Below are positions 37,301 through 48,000 of a stretch of 64,000 nt of DNA, piece by piece. Position numbers and translations under genes: made by a program. Under the pieces are notes generated by a model. It searched no databases. It saw nothing but the letters and a program-made list of their open reading frames with translations, and was not told the DNA's origin. Each line of letters starts with the position of its first letter. The stretch's first letter is position 1. The stretch is from the IMG/VR virus record IMGVR_UViG_3300042502_001233, positions 62,001-126,000 of that record; one strand, 5' to 3'.

Positions 37301-37747
37301 TGTAGGAGATGTTTTATTATTATTAACAATTACATTTACCAAATCCTCACAGTTAAATTTAATGAGATAATTAAATTTAACACGTAATGAGCAATTTTCA
37401 TCACCACCAATATCAAAAATAGACCCATCGTTACCTTTAGGGTTTAAAACTATTTTAATATTTTGAATAGATTCATTACATGAGTTACTTTTTTCACGCC
37501 ATCTACATTTTTGTTCTTGTAAATCAAAATAATAACCTTGAGAGGTTGTCGGTACTGAAGGGTTTGTTGGGTCAAAAGTATCTAAAACTTTACAACATGG
37601 TTCAGATAATATAAACGGTTGGGGTACATTATTAATTTGTGTATAAACTGATATAGTACCATCCGTATTTTTAATTATCGAAGTCCCTTGAGTTGCAAAA
37701 TTTTTTTTACATTTTTTTGTTACCTCATCTAATGTGTATCTCGCCAT
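34334..37747 (-). CDS. Large putative virion structural protein (1137 aa)
   Basis: Cys/Asn/Thr-rich, structural cluster; ATATTTATA motif at 37759-37768. Confidence 0.65.
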   Translation of the reverse strand: MARYTLDEVTKKCKKNFATQGTSIIKNTDGTISVYTQINNVPQPFILSEPCCKVLDTFDPTNPSVPTTSQGYYFDLQEQKCRWREKSNSCNESIQNIKIVLNPKGNDGSIFDIGGDENCSLRVKFNYLIKFNCEDLVNVIVNNNKTSPTSQNEELISLKNKLAEETSNSEQISYKLSSLADEYSKTNYSIVCDLFPYDANSKQISPDIAPNTSADTVTLNSEQKSAFSKTGFGNLAPMSFALPTRVATFCIINDGLEYWRKIIGENNYVGFIEGDPSSYTCKHVIEMYNLNNDLAKQGNNQIIVECDTPFGAKTELKKTINENIILKQKSDAIVNELNGQISAIDIGIVDTSCTNILDYFENLTLTASIDVVNDDNTLTPVQPLQLFGLQTTSLYNWLTQHPSDSGFYVCGASEALNSCTPLIYPEFTNGELPETVDDNVCETVKNAIYDELFAQSGYDTTSDYDSFNAALSPTVLASNWITFDQLLTGDDLISQIANKKIKLSININNSCGVFCLLIDQITLQRECEDSFVSTILLNESPGFNLTKIIDNKKSWLNNTEYDYRDFNITNVFDTNPIRQTEYDVNDDRLIINSKEIDLNMNIASAVEYDVWCYMSENPCLLTGSTCIQVRWINESINTESNFFPMRHMGVYNGKKWFSTKLVTIFNSNLTIYFDGSDWVATQTSNFVTPPVISGNITSISSNPSIGLNPPEDGWIPYVNSPFGGGTLYLENNAIDYTNENCCNVNTITYGDNNIDFSTYLTDNITEVKTIENFEYLMGDFIDVKSRKILSGYPTLRAIYDRYLNSDKYCATSSLGFDYYKMDEFSNLITTYWDDLIEQVIPSTTLWGSIKVYTNTMFDQQKLKYKPYSSIFCNDPLNVLGVPSPINGSSGQCATVEVTTRNIPTGNVPTTALNTGSNITTFSRVCLSQFNYGSEFIGNVNVINGDSIISYSDFCEDVVSCEKTAGWYNMQDSPEFLMNHFKCGPISAATDFNYIIQSFMINGAEYITTPLSGFVTNATTNWVAADNLVVSACTGTTTGLTYTNFVDLLNNMFVSFGVDYKAEVSLVERTPIGNESGNGMYLVFPTNDVFTITTTSDGPTPAILTYTNNNLFVEDFDSSYYLYRSTNNYNCFTEEINE

Positions 37748-37796
37748 TTCTTTTTATTTATAAATATGTTTTTTTAATTTTTAATTTGGATAGTCA

Positions 37797-40472
37797 TCAC
37801 ACTCCAACTACTTCTGAAGGCATAAAATCCCAATCACAACATCTAGCCAAACCTTCAGCGCTATAAGCTTTATCTTGAAACATAGAGACCAAATTTGGGT
37901 AAAAAGCTAAATAAGCATTATCCACTATTTTACAACCCATACCTTGCAACCCAGTATATGGGTCAATAATTTGAATAGGTGTAGTCCATTGTGTTGGACA
38001 GTTAGTTCCGTCAGCAGTAACCAAAGTCGACGCACCAAGACCATAAAGTGTGGTAAAATCTAAATAATATTGACCACTACCGACATTAGGGTATTCTTTT
38101 GGAACATTTTTTATAATCCAATTACATGATACCATACAACCACAATTTGGTCTATTAAAACCACAACACACATAACCTGATTCAGACGCTACTAAATCAT
38201 TAATAGACCCATCAACTACACCGAATTCAGTATACATAGAGATACCACCTATTGTTTTACAACACTCTGACCCTATAAAAGAGGTTGTATTGGTTATTGG
38301 GATAGTGTTGCTAGTGTATATAGAACCATCTGGATTGTATTGGTATAAATTGAAAACATAATACCCACTTTCATTAAGTTCTGGTTCTTTTTCAAATGGT
38401 GGACAAGCTAAAGGTGGTTCAACACTTTTAGTCTTTTCTAAACAAATACTTAACATATCATCCTCATCAGTTGATGGACAACCACAAGCTGAAATAACTG
38501 TTTCTGGTTTTGGGTCAGTTTCTATCGTTGTTATTGCTGTAACACAACCATCTAAATCACTACCATCAGTGTTGATAATATCTACATATATTTCCCCGTC
38601 ATAATTAGTTATTTCACCATTATTGTAATTTGTGAATATATCGTAAGAACTTGTGGTTACCGTTTCAGAAGTTATTGTAAGTGGTGAAAAATTAGGTATA
38701 AGTGTTCTTAATTGTTCTAAATAAGCACTACCATTATCATAAGGACCAACGTGTGGGTTGTTACCTGTTTTAATGTCAATAACAGAATTAGCACCACCAG
38801 TTTCTCTATACCATAAACCAAAATTTTGAAAGTACATATTTTCCGTATCAGGTAAAAATCTAGGGTACCCATCTGAATCAATAGGGTATTCTGAGATATC
38901 CGTTGAAAGCTCGTTTAATTCCAAAATAGTTATAAACTTTTCAACATCTATAGGTCCATCCGCTTTGTATATATATTCATTAAATTTTACCAAACCATTA
39001 GGTGTTCCGATGAATCTTAGTAAAAACTCAACACTTTTTCTAGCACCTTTAGATTTCCAAAGCCATGGTGAATTTAATATTATCCTACGCCACATTTCGA
39101 TATCTGCTTCAACTGGAGTTAAACCAGATGATTGACCACTGTAACTAGATTCACCGCTTCTAACATAATTGGATAATAAATCATTATTATTTATTGACGA
39201 GATAAGTTCCCAACCCAAAACTCTAGCCAAATCTTTTAAATATTTATCTGGCATGTTATCTAATTTATCATAAGTAACTGTGTTGGCAAAAGAAATACCA
39301 TCAATAAATTTGTTTATATCATCAAAAGACCTACCATAAACATTTAAAAGTTTTGTAACTTTACCTTCAGATGTATCTTGTTGACGTTCATCCAAATAAT
39401 AAGGCAACGTATCAAAACCAGTTATAGCTTCAGTAACTAAAAATCTAGACATTAGGTTACTTCTAGTTAAATCATTGTTGTTTGCCAATTCTAACAAACC
39501 TGATACATAAGTAACATAATTGTCTGTGTCAAAATCCAAATTATAACCATCAGTTGTTGGCCACGTATATGATTTTGACGTATATAATAACACACCACTA
39601 TCTGTTCTTATTGGAAATGAAAATATAGAAGTGTATTTTGGGTAAGTCATTCTATTTAACAGATAATATTCAAATTCATCTAAACCGTTGTAAAACAATT
39701 CTTCATAAATGTTTTTAGGTTTTATATGATATGTAACTGTTTGTGGTACACCAGAAAATGGGTCACCTTTTACAACAAAATAAATATAATCATTTACCGT
39801 GTCAGTTGAACCTGTGAAATTAACTACATCATACTCAACATTGTTTAAATAGATGCAGTATGCTCCATAGTTAACTGTTAGGTTTCTAAGGTCATTTGTT
39901 TCATTAAAAGTGTTTTCCAAAGTGCCAGTGGTCAAATAATTAATGTTGTAAATATTTTTGATAAAATTAACATTAATTCTAAAGGAAGCTTCATCTAAAA
40001 GGTGGTTATATGAATAATTTTCATACGTATTACCTTGAGATTGAATGAAATCTGAATTTAAATAAATTGGTGTAAGGTATAAGGCTGCTGGCCAAGACAT
40101 GATAATTTTTTCCAACGCTACCCTAATGTATTCAGTCATAGAACCAAATTTAGCATAATAGTTTAAATTTGTTTTATCTAAGTTTAAATAAACACCAGTG
40201 TTATTGTTTAATAATGTTTCAGTTTGTGAAACATCTAAACCAATGTTTGATAAAGTAATAAAGTTGGAAAAACTATTTGTAATATAAGTTCTACTAAGTT
40301 TAGGGTCCAAGTTAGTGGTGATAGAAAAATTACCCATTGTAAACAATGGGGTTCCACCTTCACTAGTTAATTGTAAACCAACTAAATCTGGAGAAAAATT
40401 TCTATATTCTATATTACCATTGTACAACTCTTTTTTAGCATACCCCGATACTTTAATTTTTTTATCGCTCAT
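37797..40472 (-). CDS. Putative baseplate/tail protein with P2 gpI-like segment
   Basis: DKYLKDLARVLGW...LWKSKGARKSVEFLLRFIG resembles the gpI/gp7-type wedge motif. Confidence 0.6.
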   Translation of the reverse strand: MSDKKIKVSGYAKKELYNGNIEYRNFSPDLVGLQLTSEGGTPLFTMGNFSITTNLDPKLSRTYITNSFSNFITLSNIGLDVSQTETLLNNNTGVYLNLDKTNLNYYAKFGSMTEYIRVALEKIIMSWPAALYLTPIYLNSDFIQSQGNTYENYSYNHLLDEASFRINVNFIKNIYNINYLTTGTLENTFNETNDLRNLTVNYGAYCIYLNNVEYDVVNFTGSTDTVNDYIYFVVKGDPFSGVPQTVTYHIKPKNIYEELFYNGLDEFEYYLLNRMTYPKYTSIFSFPIRTDSGVLLYTSKSYTWPTTDGYNLDFDTDNYVTYVSGLLELANNNDLTRSNLMSRFLVTEAITGFDTLPYYLDERQQDTSEGKVTKLLNVYGRSFDDINKFIDGISFANTVTYDKLDNMPDKYLKDLARVLGWELISSINNNDLLSNYVRSGESSYSGQSSGLTPVEADIEMWRRIILNSPWLWKSKGARKSVEFLLRFIGTPNGLVKFNEYIYKADGPIDVEKFITILELNELSTDISEYPIDSDGYPRFLPDTENMYFQNFGLWYRETGGANSVIDIKTGNNPHVGPYDNGSAYLEQLRTLIPNFSPLTITSETVTTSSYDIFTNYNNGEITNYDGEIYVDIINTDGSDLDGCVTAITTIETDPKPETVISACGCPSTDEDDMLSICLEKTKSVEPPLACPPFEKEPELNESGYYVFNLYQYNPDGSIYTSNTIPITNTTSFIGSECCKTIGGISMYTEFGVVDGSINDLVASESGYVCCGFNRPNCGCMVSCNWIIKNVPKEYPNVGSGQYYLDFTTLYGLGASTLVTADGTNCPTQWTTPIQIIDPYTGLQGMGCKIVDNAYLAFYPNLVSMFQDKAYSAEGLARCCDWDFMPSEVVGV

Positions 40473-40480
40473 TACATAAA

Positions 40481-41410
40481 TTAAATTTGAGTTATATTAT
40501 TAAATGTTTTTGTAAAATCTATACTAGTTCTTTTGCTTCTAACTTCAAACAATGGTTTACCGCTAAATTGGTCTTTAATTTCATAAAGGTCGTATTGTTT
40601 GTAAATTTGATTACCAAAATTGTAAATTGTGTAAATACCGTCATCAAGACTTTTAGTTTGGTTACCAAACAACGCAAATGCCAATGTTTCAATATCATGT
40701 TCAACCATTTCAACTTCAATCATGATTGGGTTAAAGAACGTATTTGTAATAATAACTGGTTGGTTTGGTTGCCCTATGAAAGGTAACGCATTTGGTTTAA
40801 CATTGCTGGCAGATGCTGGTGATACAGTCGCGAAAGTCAATGTTGAATTATCGTTAAATCTATAACGGATAGCTTTTTGATTACTGTTTGTTAAATTTTG
40901 GTTAACTGGTTCTGCTCTGTTGTTAGAAGTGATAACTCTAAAAAAGTTATTTACTTTAGAGTCAATTGGGTTGTTTGAATCTAAATACTCAATTCTATAA
41001 CCAACCAAGCCATCATTTTCAAATTTACTTTGAAAAGCTACTGGAATTTGTGATAAGTCAAAAACTAACCCTTTTATATCTGGATATGCTGATAACACTC
41101 CAACATCAACTATTGTAGTTCTAATTTCAACTGGTTTAATTATTATCGTGTAAAACCCTTTATTACCAAATGTAGCTGTTGGTAATTTAAGTGTGTATAA
41201 ACCACCAAAAATTTGAAACCCAGTTAAATTTGATTGGTCTTTCAATGATTGTGGTGTGTCTACTTTAAATAACATAGTTGTTGAATCATCAATTTTAGTT
41301 AATGTTGTATCACCAATTGTATCTCTACTAGCTGTATAATGATAAAAAATTTCCACATCTGTTGGTGAAATGTCTGCTGGTCTAACTATACCGTATGTTC
41401 CGCTTGCCAT
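40481..41410 (-). CDS. Putative virion structural protein
   Basis: 309-aa beta-rich ORF in the structural operon. Confidence 0.6.
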   Translation of the reverse strand: MASGTYGIVRPADISPTDVEIFYHYTASRDTIGDTTLTKIDDSTTMLFKVDTPQSLKDQSNLTGFQIFGGLYTLKLPTATFGNKGFYTIIIKPVEIRTTIVDVGVLSAYPDIKGLVFDLSQIPVAFQSKFENDGLVGYRIEYLDSNNPIDSKVNNFFRVITSNNRAEPVNQNLTNSNQKAIRYRFNDNSTLTFATVSPASASNVKPNALPFIGQPNQPVIITNTFFNPIMIEVEMVEHDIETLAFALFGNQTKSLDDGIYTIYNFGNQIYKQYDLYEIKDQFSGKPLFEVRSKRTSIDFTKTFNNITQI

Positions 41411-41421
41411 ATTTTATTTAT

Positions 41422-41544
41422 TTAATTCTTTTTTATTTGTTTTGCCATTTCGTTAATTTCATACTCTGACATTTCTTGTAATTGTTCGATACATAATTTT
41501 CCGTGGTGAATCAAAAGGTAATGATTATTGTGTTTCTCCATCAT
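41422..41544 (-). CDS. Small protein (40 aa; absent from ORF track), possibly a gp51-like baseplate assembly peptide
   Basis: MMEKHNNHYLLIHHGKLCIEQLQEMSEYEINEMAKQIKKN; ATGA overlap with the upstream stop; fills the gap exactly. Confidence 0.5.
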   Translation of the reverse strand: MMEKHNNHYLLIHHGKLCIEQLQEMSEYEINEMAKQIKKN

Positions 41545-42434
41545 TGTTTATTTATTTTATAAAAACCATTTCCGTACCCACTTAATTGACCTAAATTTTT
41601 AATTTCGGAAAGTTTTAAATGTGAATCCATAACACTAGTTGCACCTCTATCAATAAATACATCGTTTTGTAGTTCTGGTCTAGAAATTATTCCAAATAGA
41701 AACTCTTCTTTGGTCAAAGCTGATAAAGATACGTTGGTTTGGTTCCACCCTTCACCAATATACCTAAAAGTTGTCAATGGTAAAGGGTTTGTGTCGCCAT
41801 TAACTACTTGTGCCCTAGTAATACCTGTATAATCTGCATATTGTAAACCGTATAGTTGGTTATTTTGGGCCAACGTAGAACCAGTTATAGCGTCAAAAAC
41901 ATATTTTGTTGGTTCACCGATAGAATACACTTGATTTACACCGCTAACACTAACACCAGCATAATTAACATAACCTTCAGTCGATATATTAAATCCAGGT
42001 CTATACACATCCGTATATGTTACCGAAGAATAAGCTCTAACATCTAATAATTTACTATCAGTAGCACCAGTTATTGGTTTGTTACCAAAATAATAATAAT
42101 AACTAGAATCTGAAAAACTTGGATACCTTAACGTAGCTCTTTCAGTAGGTGTTGCAAATAATGGTGATACATTAACATACATATTCGGTGTCATAAAAGG
42201 AAAAGTAAACCCAAGTCCTTGCAATTTACTAATCAACAAACTATTATTTGGTGGTGTAATTGGAGTTGTTTTTTGGGTATATGATATATCTGTAAATAAA
42301 CCCATATCATCAATATTTTGAGTAATCATGATATTAAGATAAAATGTTGTCGCTGTCATAACACCCCATGTAGGGCTGCTAGCATTTCTATCTATGCTTT
42401 CTTCTAAAAGTATTTTTCTTTTTATTATCTCCAT
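41541..42434 (-). CDS. Putative virion structural protein
   Basis: Coupled ORF in the structural operon. Confidence 0.6.
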   Translation of the reverse strand: MEIIKRKILLEESIDRNASSPTWGVMTATTFYLNIMITQNIDDMGLFTDISYTQKTTPITPPNNSLLISKLQGLGFTFPFMTPNMYVNVSPLFATPTERATLRYPSFSDSSYYYYFGNKPITGATDSKLLDVRAYSSVTYTDVYRPGFNISTEGYVNYAGVSVSGVNQVYSIGEPTKYVFDAITGSTLAQNNQLYGLQYADYTGITRAQVVNGDTNPLPLTTFRYIGEGWNQTNVSLSALTKEEFLFGIISRPELQNDVFIDRGATSVMDSHLKLSEIKNLGQLSGYGNGFYKINKQ

Positions 42435-43285
42435 TATATCGCTTTTACTTCATATAAATTAATTGTTGGTCCGTTACCAAAATAAGTTACGTTATTAACA
42501 CCGATAGGGTTAATACCTTGGTATTGGTCATCAACTTCATAATAATACCCAGTTAATGTTCTAGTTATCTTATATCTCGTATATAGTTCATGCACCAAAT
42601 TTTCAATATTTTGTGGTGTGTTTTTAACCATTAAATTAGTTTTTTTACCTGTTTTAGCATTGTTGAATGATGCTTTCATAAATAAATACTTTGTTTCACC
42701 AATATTTAAACTATCTTTGTAATAATATAAATGAAACCCCTCACCGAAACCTCTTTTGTTAATCAAAGGGTTTTCAACTGTGAATTTTATCGGTATTTGA
42801 TTTATAGGTTTCGGTAAACCTGTAGATAAAACACCAGTAGTACTAGTTAATAAATCATCTGGGGCTAACCTACAAAATAAAGTTGTATAGGCAACCAAGT
42901 TTTGAACCATAGGGTCATCTGAATCATAAAATGATAACCTTAAAAAACTTTGAGTAAACGAATTTTTACTAAATTTAACATCATCATAATTAAAACCAAT
43001 ATCACTATAAAAATTACCATAAACACCTACATTATTAAGTAATTTGATATCATATGTTAACGACGTAACTGGGTTGTCTGCTGGATTTATTGGTATAAAC
43101 CTAACTCTATCATAATTTAAAATTGGGTTTATAGCGTTTTCGGTTTCGGTTTCAACAAAAACACGTTCTATTAGTTCGGCAGTATCAACTAATTGATATT
43201 TCATACTAATAGGTATGTTGATAGTAGTGGTTGTTGAACTACTAGGTATCGTTGAAAGATTTATTTTGTAATTATTAACATACAT
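42434..43285 (-). CDS. Putative virion structural protein
   Basis: Coupled ORF in the structural operon. Confidence 0.6.
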   Translation of the reverse strand: MYVNNYKINLSTIPSSSTTTTINIPISMKYQLVDTAELIERVFVETETENAINPILNYDRVRFIPINPADNPVTSLTYDIKLLNNVGVYGNFYSDIGFNYDDVKFSKNSFTQSFLRLSFYDSDDPMVQNLVAYTTLFCRLAPDDLLTSTTGVLSTGLPKPINQIPIKFTVENPLINKRGFGEGFHLYYYKDSLNIGETKYLFMKASFNNAKTGKKTNLMVKNTPQNIENLVHELYTRYKITRTLTGYYYEVDDQYQGINPIGVNNVTYFGNGPTINLYEVKAI

Positions 43286-45068
43286 CGTCTGCTGAGTTTA
43301 CTATAAATTTGTCTGTTATTCTATCTCCAGATTTGTCTGAAGGGTATTTATCGTAAAATAAACCCCAAAGACCATATGGGTCTTGTCTTTTTATATTAAA
43401 ACAATAATTTTGATACATATAATGAGAATTATTTAAAAATGGGTAATCCAAAGGTTTTTCCTCTGATTCGTTAAACCCAATTGGTAATAAATCTCTCCAT
43501 ATATAACTATCTACCGAAGTTTTAATTGAGTAAATCGGTAATTCATCTACACTAGCTTCACCTTCTTCAACGTAGTTAGAAAATTCTCTAATTTTTATCA
43601 AATGATGTGCTTTATAGTAATAACCTTCTTGTCTTGGACCTAAAGTTACTGTTGACGTTAAACCATTAGCTCTTACCATATTCATTGTAGGTGCTGTTTG
43701 CCTATTTATAGTATTAAATCTGTGATGTACATCTGCCAAAACCGTTTCATTCAAAGTTGTTTTATTAAATTCAACCAAATCACCATAGAAGAATTGATTA
43801 CCAATTTGTACGTTGTTTTCCAAAGGTGTATTTGAAACGTATGGTAATAGTGGTGCGTTATGGATTCTGTTAATTACTGGCACATCTCTCAAATAAGTTT
43901 GTGCGTTGGTTTGAGTTAAATTAAATATAAATGGTGTTTCAATACCAGACTTAACTTGTGTAAATAAGAAATTACTATCTGTTTTTATCATTGTAAGATA
44001 TAATTCACTTAGTGGTCTATTTAGGTTATCAGTCAATTCCGAAACATCAATATCTTCATTAAAAACAAATTGAATTATTTGGTCATTAAAAAAATTCTCA
44101 CTAAATCCAGCTTGATATGTTTCATAATCATCAGTTTCAATTACTGGTGAATTTTTTGTTTTTATTTTTGTAAATAATCTAAAATAATATTCAGATTCAA
44201 CATCATTAACAATTTTTCTCATTCTAGAAGTGTTAGATATTGAACCAGTATTTGGTAGGTCAATCACAAAATAATAATCTTTTAAGTTTCCATTGTCTAA
44301 ACCTGTTCTAATAACCACATGGTCACCATTATAACCATTTGTACCAAAAATTCTAACTGTATCACCAATTTCTAAATTGTGTTTACAAGCCATACCTAAC
44401 GCTGTCATATTTCTAGTTGATTGGACCGCCAAAGTGTCATCAACAATTAACAAACCGTTACCATTGGTTGTGTCATAAACCATTTTATGTTTTGTGTCTG
44501 CACTAACTGGATATGTTATAGTCAATTCCCAATTTTTAACAAAATTTGGAAGTGTAGCGCTAGGATTAGCTACAAATGGGTGATAGTCTGGTAAAAAAGA
44601 AAATCTTTCTCTTTTAGGTTCCATATCAAAATAATTACATAACGAAGCAGATGCTATATTTGGGTTATAATAACCAAACCAACCATCTTTTTCTTTTAAA
44701 AAAGTTTTAAAAGCTAAATCGTAAGTTAAATCTTCATCATCATTAACACTTTGGTCTCTTGGATATGAACGGTCTAAAAATAAACCCTCATTAAACCCAG
44801 CATAGGTATATAAGTTGTTATTGTTAGGGTCGTTTAGATTAAACAACGTATTACTAACCAAAGGGTTTATAGTACCAATTATTCTATAAAACGTACAACG
44901 TTCTCTTTCTGTGTCAAAACGTTTTGCCACATCAACAATCTCATTTATCTGATTGGTTGGTAATAATCTCTCATCACCAACCATGTTGATTTTTAAATAT
45001 GTATCTGTGTTAACGTTATTTGCAGATGTTTGACTGTTTAGTCTATGTTGTGTTCTTTCTGTACTCAT
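43275..45068 (-). CDS. Putative virion structural protein
   Basis: 597-aa ORF in the structural operon. Confidence 0.6.
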   Translation of the reverse strand: MSTERTQHRLNSQTSANNVNTDTYLKINMVGDERLLPTNQINEIVDVAKRFDTERERCTFYRIIGTINPLVSNTLFNLNDPNNNNLYTYAGFNEGLFLDRSYPRDQSVNDDEDLTYDLAFKTFLKEKDGWFGYYNPNIASASLCNYFDMEPKRERFSFLPDYHPFVANPSATLPNFVKNWELTITYPVSADTKHKMVYDTTNGNGLLIVDDTLAVQSTRNMTALGMACKHNLEIGDTVRIFGTNGYNGDHVVIRTGLDNGNLKDYYFVIDLPNTGSISNTSRMRKIVNDVESEYYFRLFTKIKTKNSPVIETDDYETYQAGFSENFFNDQIIQFVFNEDIDVSELTDNLNRPLSELYLTMIKTDSNFLFTQVKSGIETPFIFNLTQTNAQTYLRDVPVINRIHNAPLLPYVSNTPLENNVQIGNQFFYGDLVEFNKTTLNETVLADVHHRFNTINRQTAPTMNMVRANGLTSTVTLGPRQEGYYYKAHHLIKIREFSNYVEEGEASVDELPIYSIKTSVDSYIWRDLLPIGFNESEEKPLDYPFLNNSHYMYQNYCFNIKRQDPYGLWGLFYDKYPSDKSGDRITDKFIVNSADDVC

Positions 45069-45079
45069 TTTTAATTAGA

Positions 45080-48000
45080 TTAAATTGGTGATGTTGTTGT
45101 AAATTGGCAACCAGAACTATCTGTTAGTACTGAAGACACAGCACCACCAGATGTTGGTGCTAGATAGCCTGGGAAAGTTGTTTGGTTTATCGACCCAACC
45201 CCACCAACTGGTGCTGGACCTTGATAAGGTACTGGTCCAGAGAAACCAGTGTAAGGTGGTAAACCACCTGTTATATACACCCAATATCTACTAAACCCAC
45301 TAGGTATACTAGAATTAGTTTGTTTAAGCCATTGAGCTGTCATAGCTTGTGTTGGCAATTGAATAGATGGTAATGTAATCGAGTTTGATTCACAACCAAC
45401 GTTATCAATAACTTTAACTATAGTTACTGCCACATTACTAGTGTTAGGTGGTAATTGAAACGGACATAGAATTTCTTGTAAATTGTTTGATACAGTAGTT
45501 GTAAACACTGGGTTTGGGTTAGCAACGCTTGGAGTTGGAAAAACCGTTGAGGTAGCACCAACTAATGCTGTTAACTTATATTCAACAAGATATGGTGCTC
45601 TATATGTCATACCTAATGCTAATTGGTTGATAGCAAATTTGAATTTAACTTTTCCAATAATACATTGCGCTGAGTTATTAATCGCAACACCTGTTATATA
45701 ATCTGTAGTACTAATTTCCAAAGGCATCAATGGTACTTTAACTTCATTTTTTGTAATCGAATAAAAATCACTAAAACAAGTACCAGCTGGGTTACAAATT
45801 CTAATTCTAAGTTCAGTATTAAAACTAACATTTGATGGTGAAGCTGGATAATTAACTGTATAATTCAAACCACCAATTGAAGTTGCGATTAAAGGCGTTT
45901 GTGATAGGTTAAATGTAGGATTACCATTTTCATCTTCTTCACCATCTTTACTTGTTTGAACATAAACAACCCCACCAAATGCTGGTAAATAAGCAGCAGC
46001 GCTAGATGTTGTCAATGCGAAAGTTATTGTATGAACTAATGGGTCACATTGTTTTTTTAATATATCAGCATTAGCCAACTCAATCTCCATTTCAGGGTTT
46101 TGTGTTGTCAAAGTATATGTTGATGTAACACTTTGACCTGCAATGTCGGTGGCTATCGCTGTATAAGTACCAACGGTAAGACCGCTAATATTAAAACCAA
46201 CAATAGATGAATCATCTACACTATTAGTTGTAGTGACAAATATTGGTTGATTACCACCTAAAACTGTATAGGTTGCGGTTCCAGAATCATCTCCAAAACA
46301 TAATGGGTTTACTGTTGATACACTCAAAGAAATTGGTGTTGCCCCACCAACTGCTAAGTTTGGTATAGTTACTGAATCACCATTTGAATCGGTTACTACT
46401 ATATAATAACCAACACCAGTGGTTCCAGATGTAATATCTACACACAATCCACCAATAATTATTGGTGTAGTAGTAACTAGTTGTGGTGACGTTGAACCGT
46501 TTATTGGCACTATTGAATCATTACTATGGTGAACGACGTAATAATATGTACCACTACCACCACCTATAGGTGATAAACTTATTTCACCATTACACGTAGC
46601 ACCAGAACTATCTCTAATAACATATGCATCAGCGTACAACGGTGTTGGACCTGATATTGTAAATGTTTGTGAAATAAGTGTCCCATTTGTGTCCTGAACA
46701 GTTATAATATAATCACCATCAGCTAAATTACCAATAATTGTTAAATTTCCAGTAGGTGATTCAATAACTGTACCAGTAATAAATGTTGCGTTAGGTCCAC
46801 TAATAGTATATGTGTAACTTGTACTAACACCATTAATAATCGAGAACGAAAAAGCACCATCGGTTGATGTGTTAGTGGTTGTTGCCGTAGTGCTGACAAT
46901 TTTAATCAAAAACTCTTGGGTTACTTCAGGGAAGCATCTTGTGAAAAATTTACTATTCATAAGGTCTAACCCAGTTGAACCAGGAACAATACCAAAATAA
47001 AAATAATATGAATGTTCTGGTTGTGAAAAACTAGAGTTTGTGTAACCACTACCTCTAAATTTCAAATAATCAGAACCATTAGCTCGTATTGTTGGTTGAC
47101 TTGGATTACAGAATTCATTACCACCAAAATTATACGTACTACAATTTGGTAAGTTAAAATCTGTAGAGTATGGATAGTTAGTAAACATGTTGTTTGTTGA
47201 AATATTCAAACCAAACAACACATCTCTAACAAATCTACTGTTACTTTCAATTTCTTGTGAACCAATAATATAATCTGGAAGTATATCGTTCCCATTAGGA
47301 GCTATATCTATTTCATCTAAATCAACACCAAATTCACAAATATGTCTAAAGTTTAAACATTGTCTATAATCAGACGTTAAACCAGCACAACTAATGTCAA
47401 AAAACAACCCTTCATTACCACCAATATCAACCTGACCAGAGGTTTCAATAATTCTTGCAGTTTCATCATACTCGTCTAATATAGGTGGCATTTTAAATGT
47501 TGTTGGTACTAAAAATGGTTGTATTTTAGGTATACCTTGCCAGTCACAATTAAATACCGAACCTAAATTTGTTATTTCAGTTGCGTATAATTTAAACGCA
47601 CCATTTTTTGTTGTTGGAGCATAGTAAAATTCACCTTTATATTTTTTTATTACACCTTCTCTAAAAGTAATACTTTTTAATTCATTTTGTGAATCACCAC
47701 CACCATTATAACATGTATCCAAAGCTACTTTTGTAACACAATTACTACCAGAGCAATCATTACTACAATATTTTTCTCTACGTCTTCGTCTTTTATATTT
47801 TAATAAATAAGCATATAGCGTTCCATTTATCCAATCATTATAAAAATCAAATTGAAATAAATTCATAGCTCTAGCTAACTCAAACGCAACACAATTTGAT
47901 AATTCAAATAAATCATCGTAAATTTTTGTGGGTGTACCAGCAGCACCAGCTTGTATTAATGCTTCTCGTCTACCATTCCTATCAGAACACCCAGGTATAA

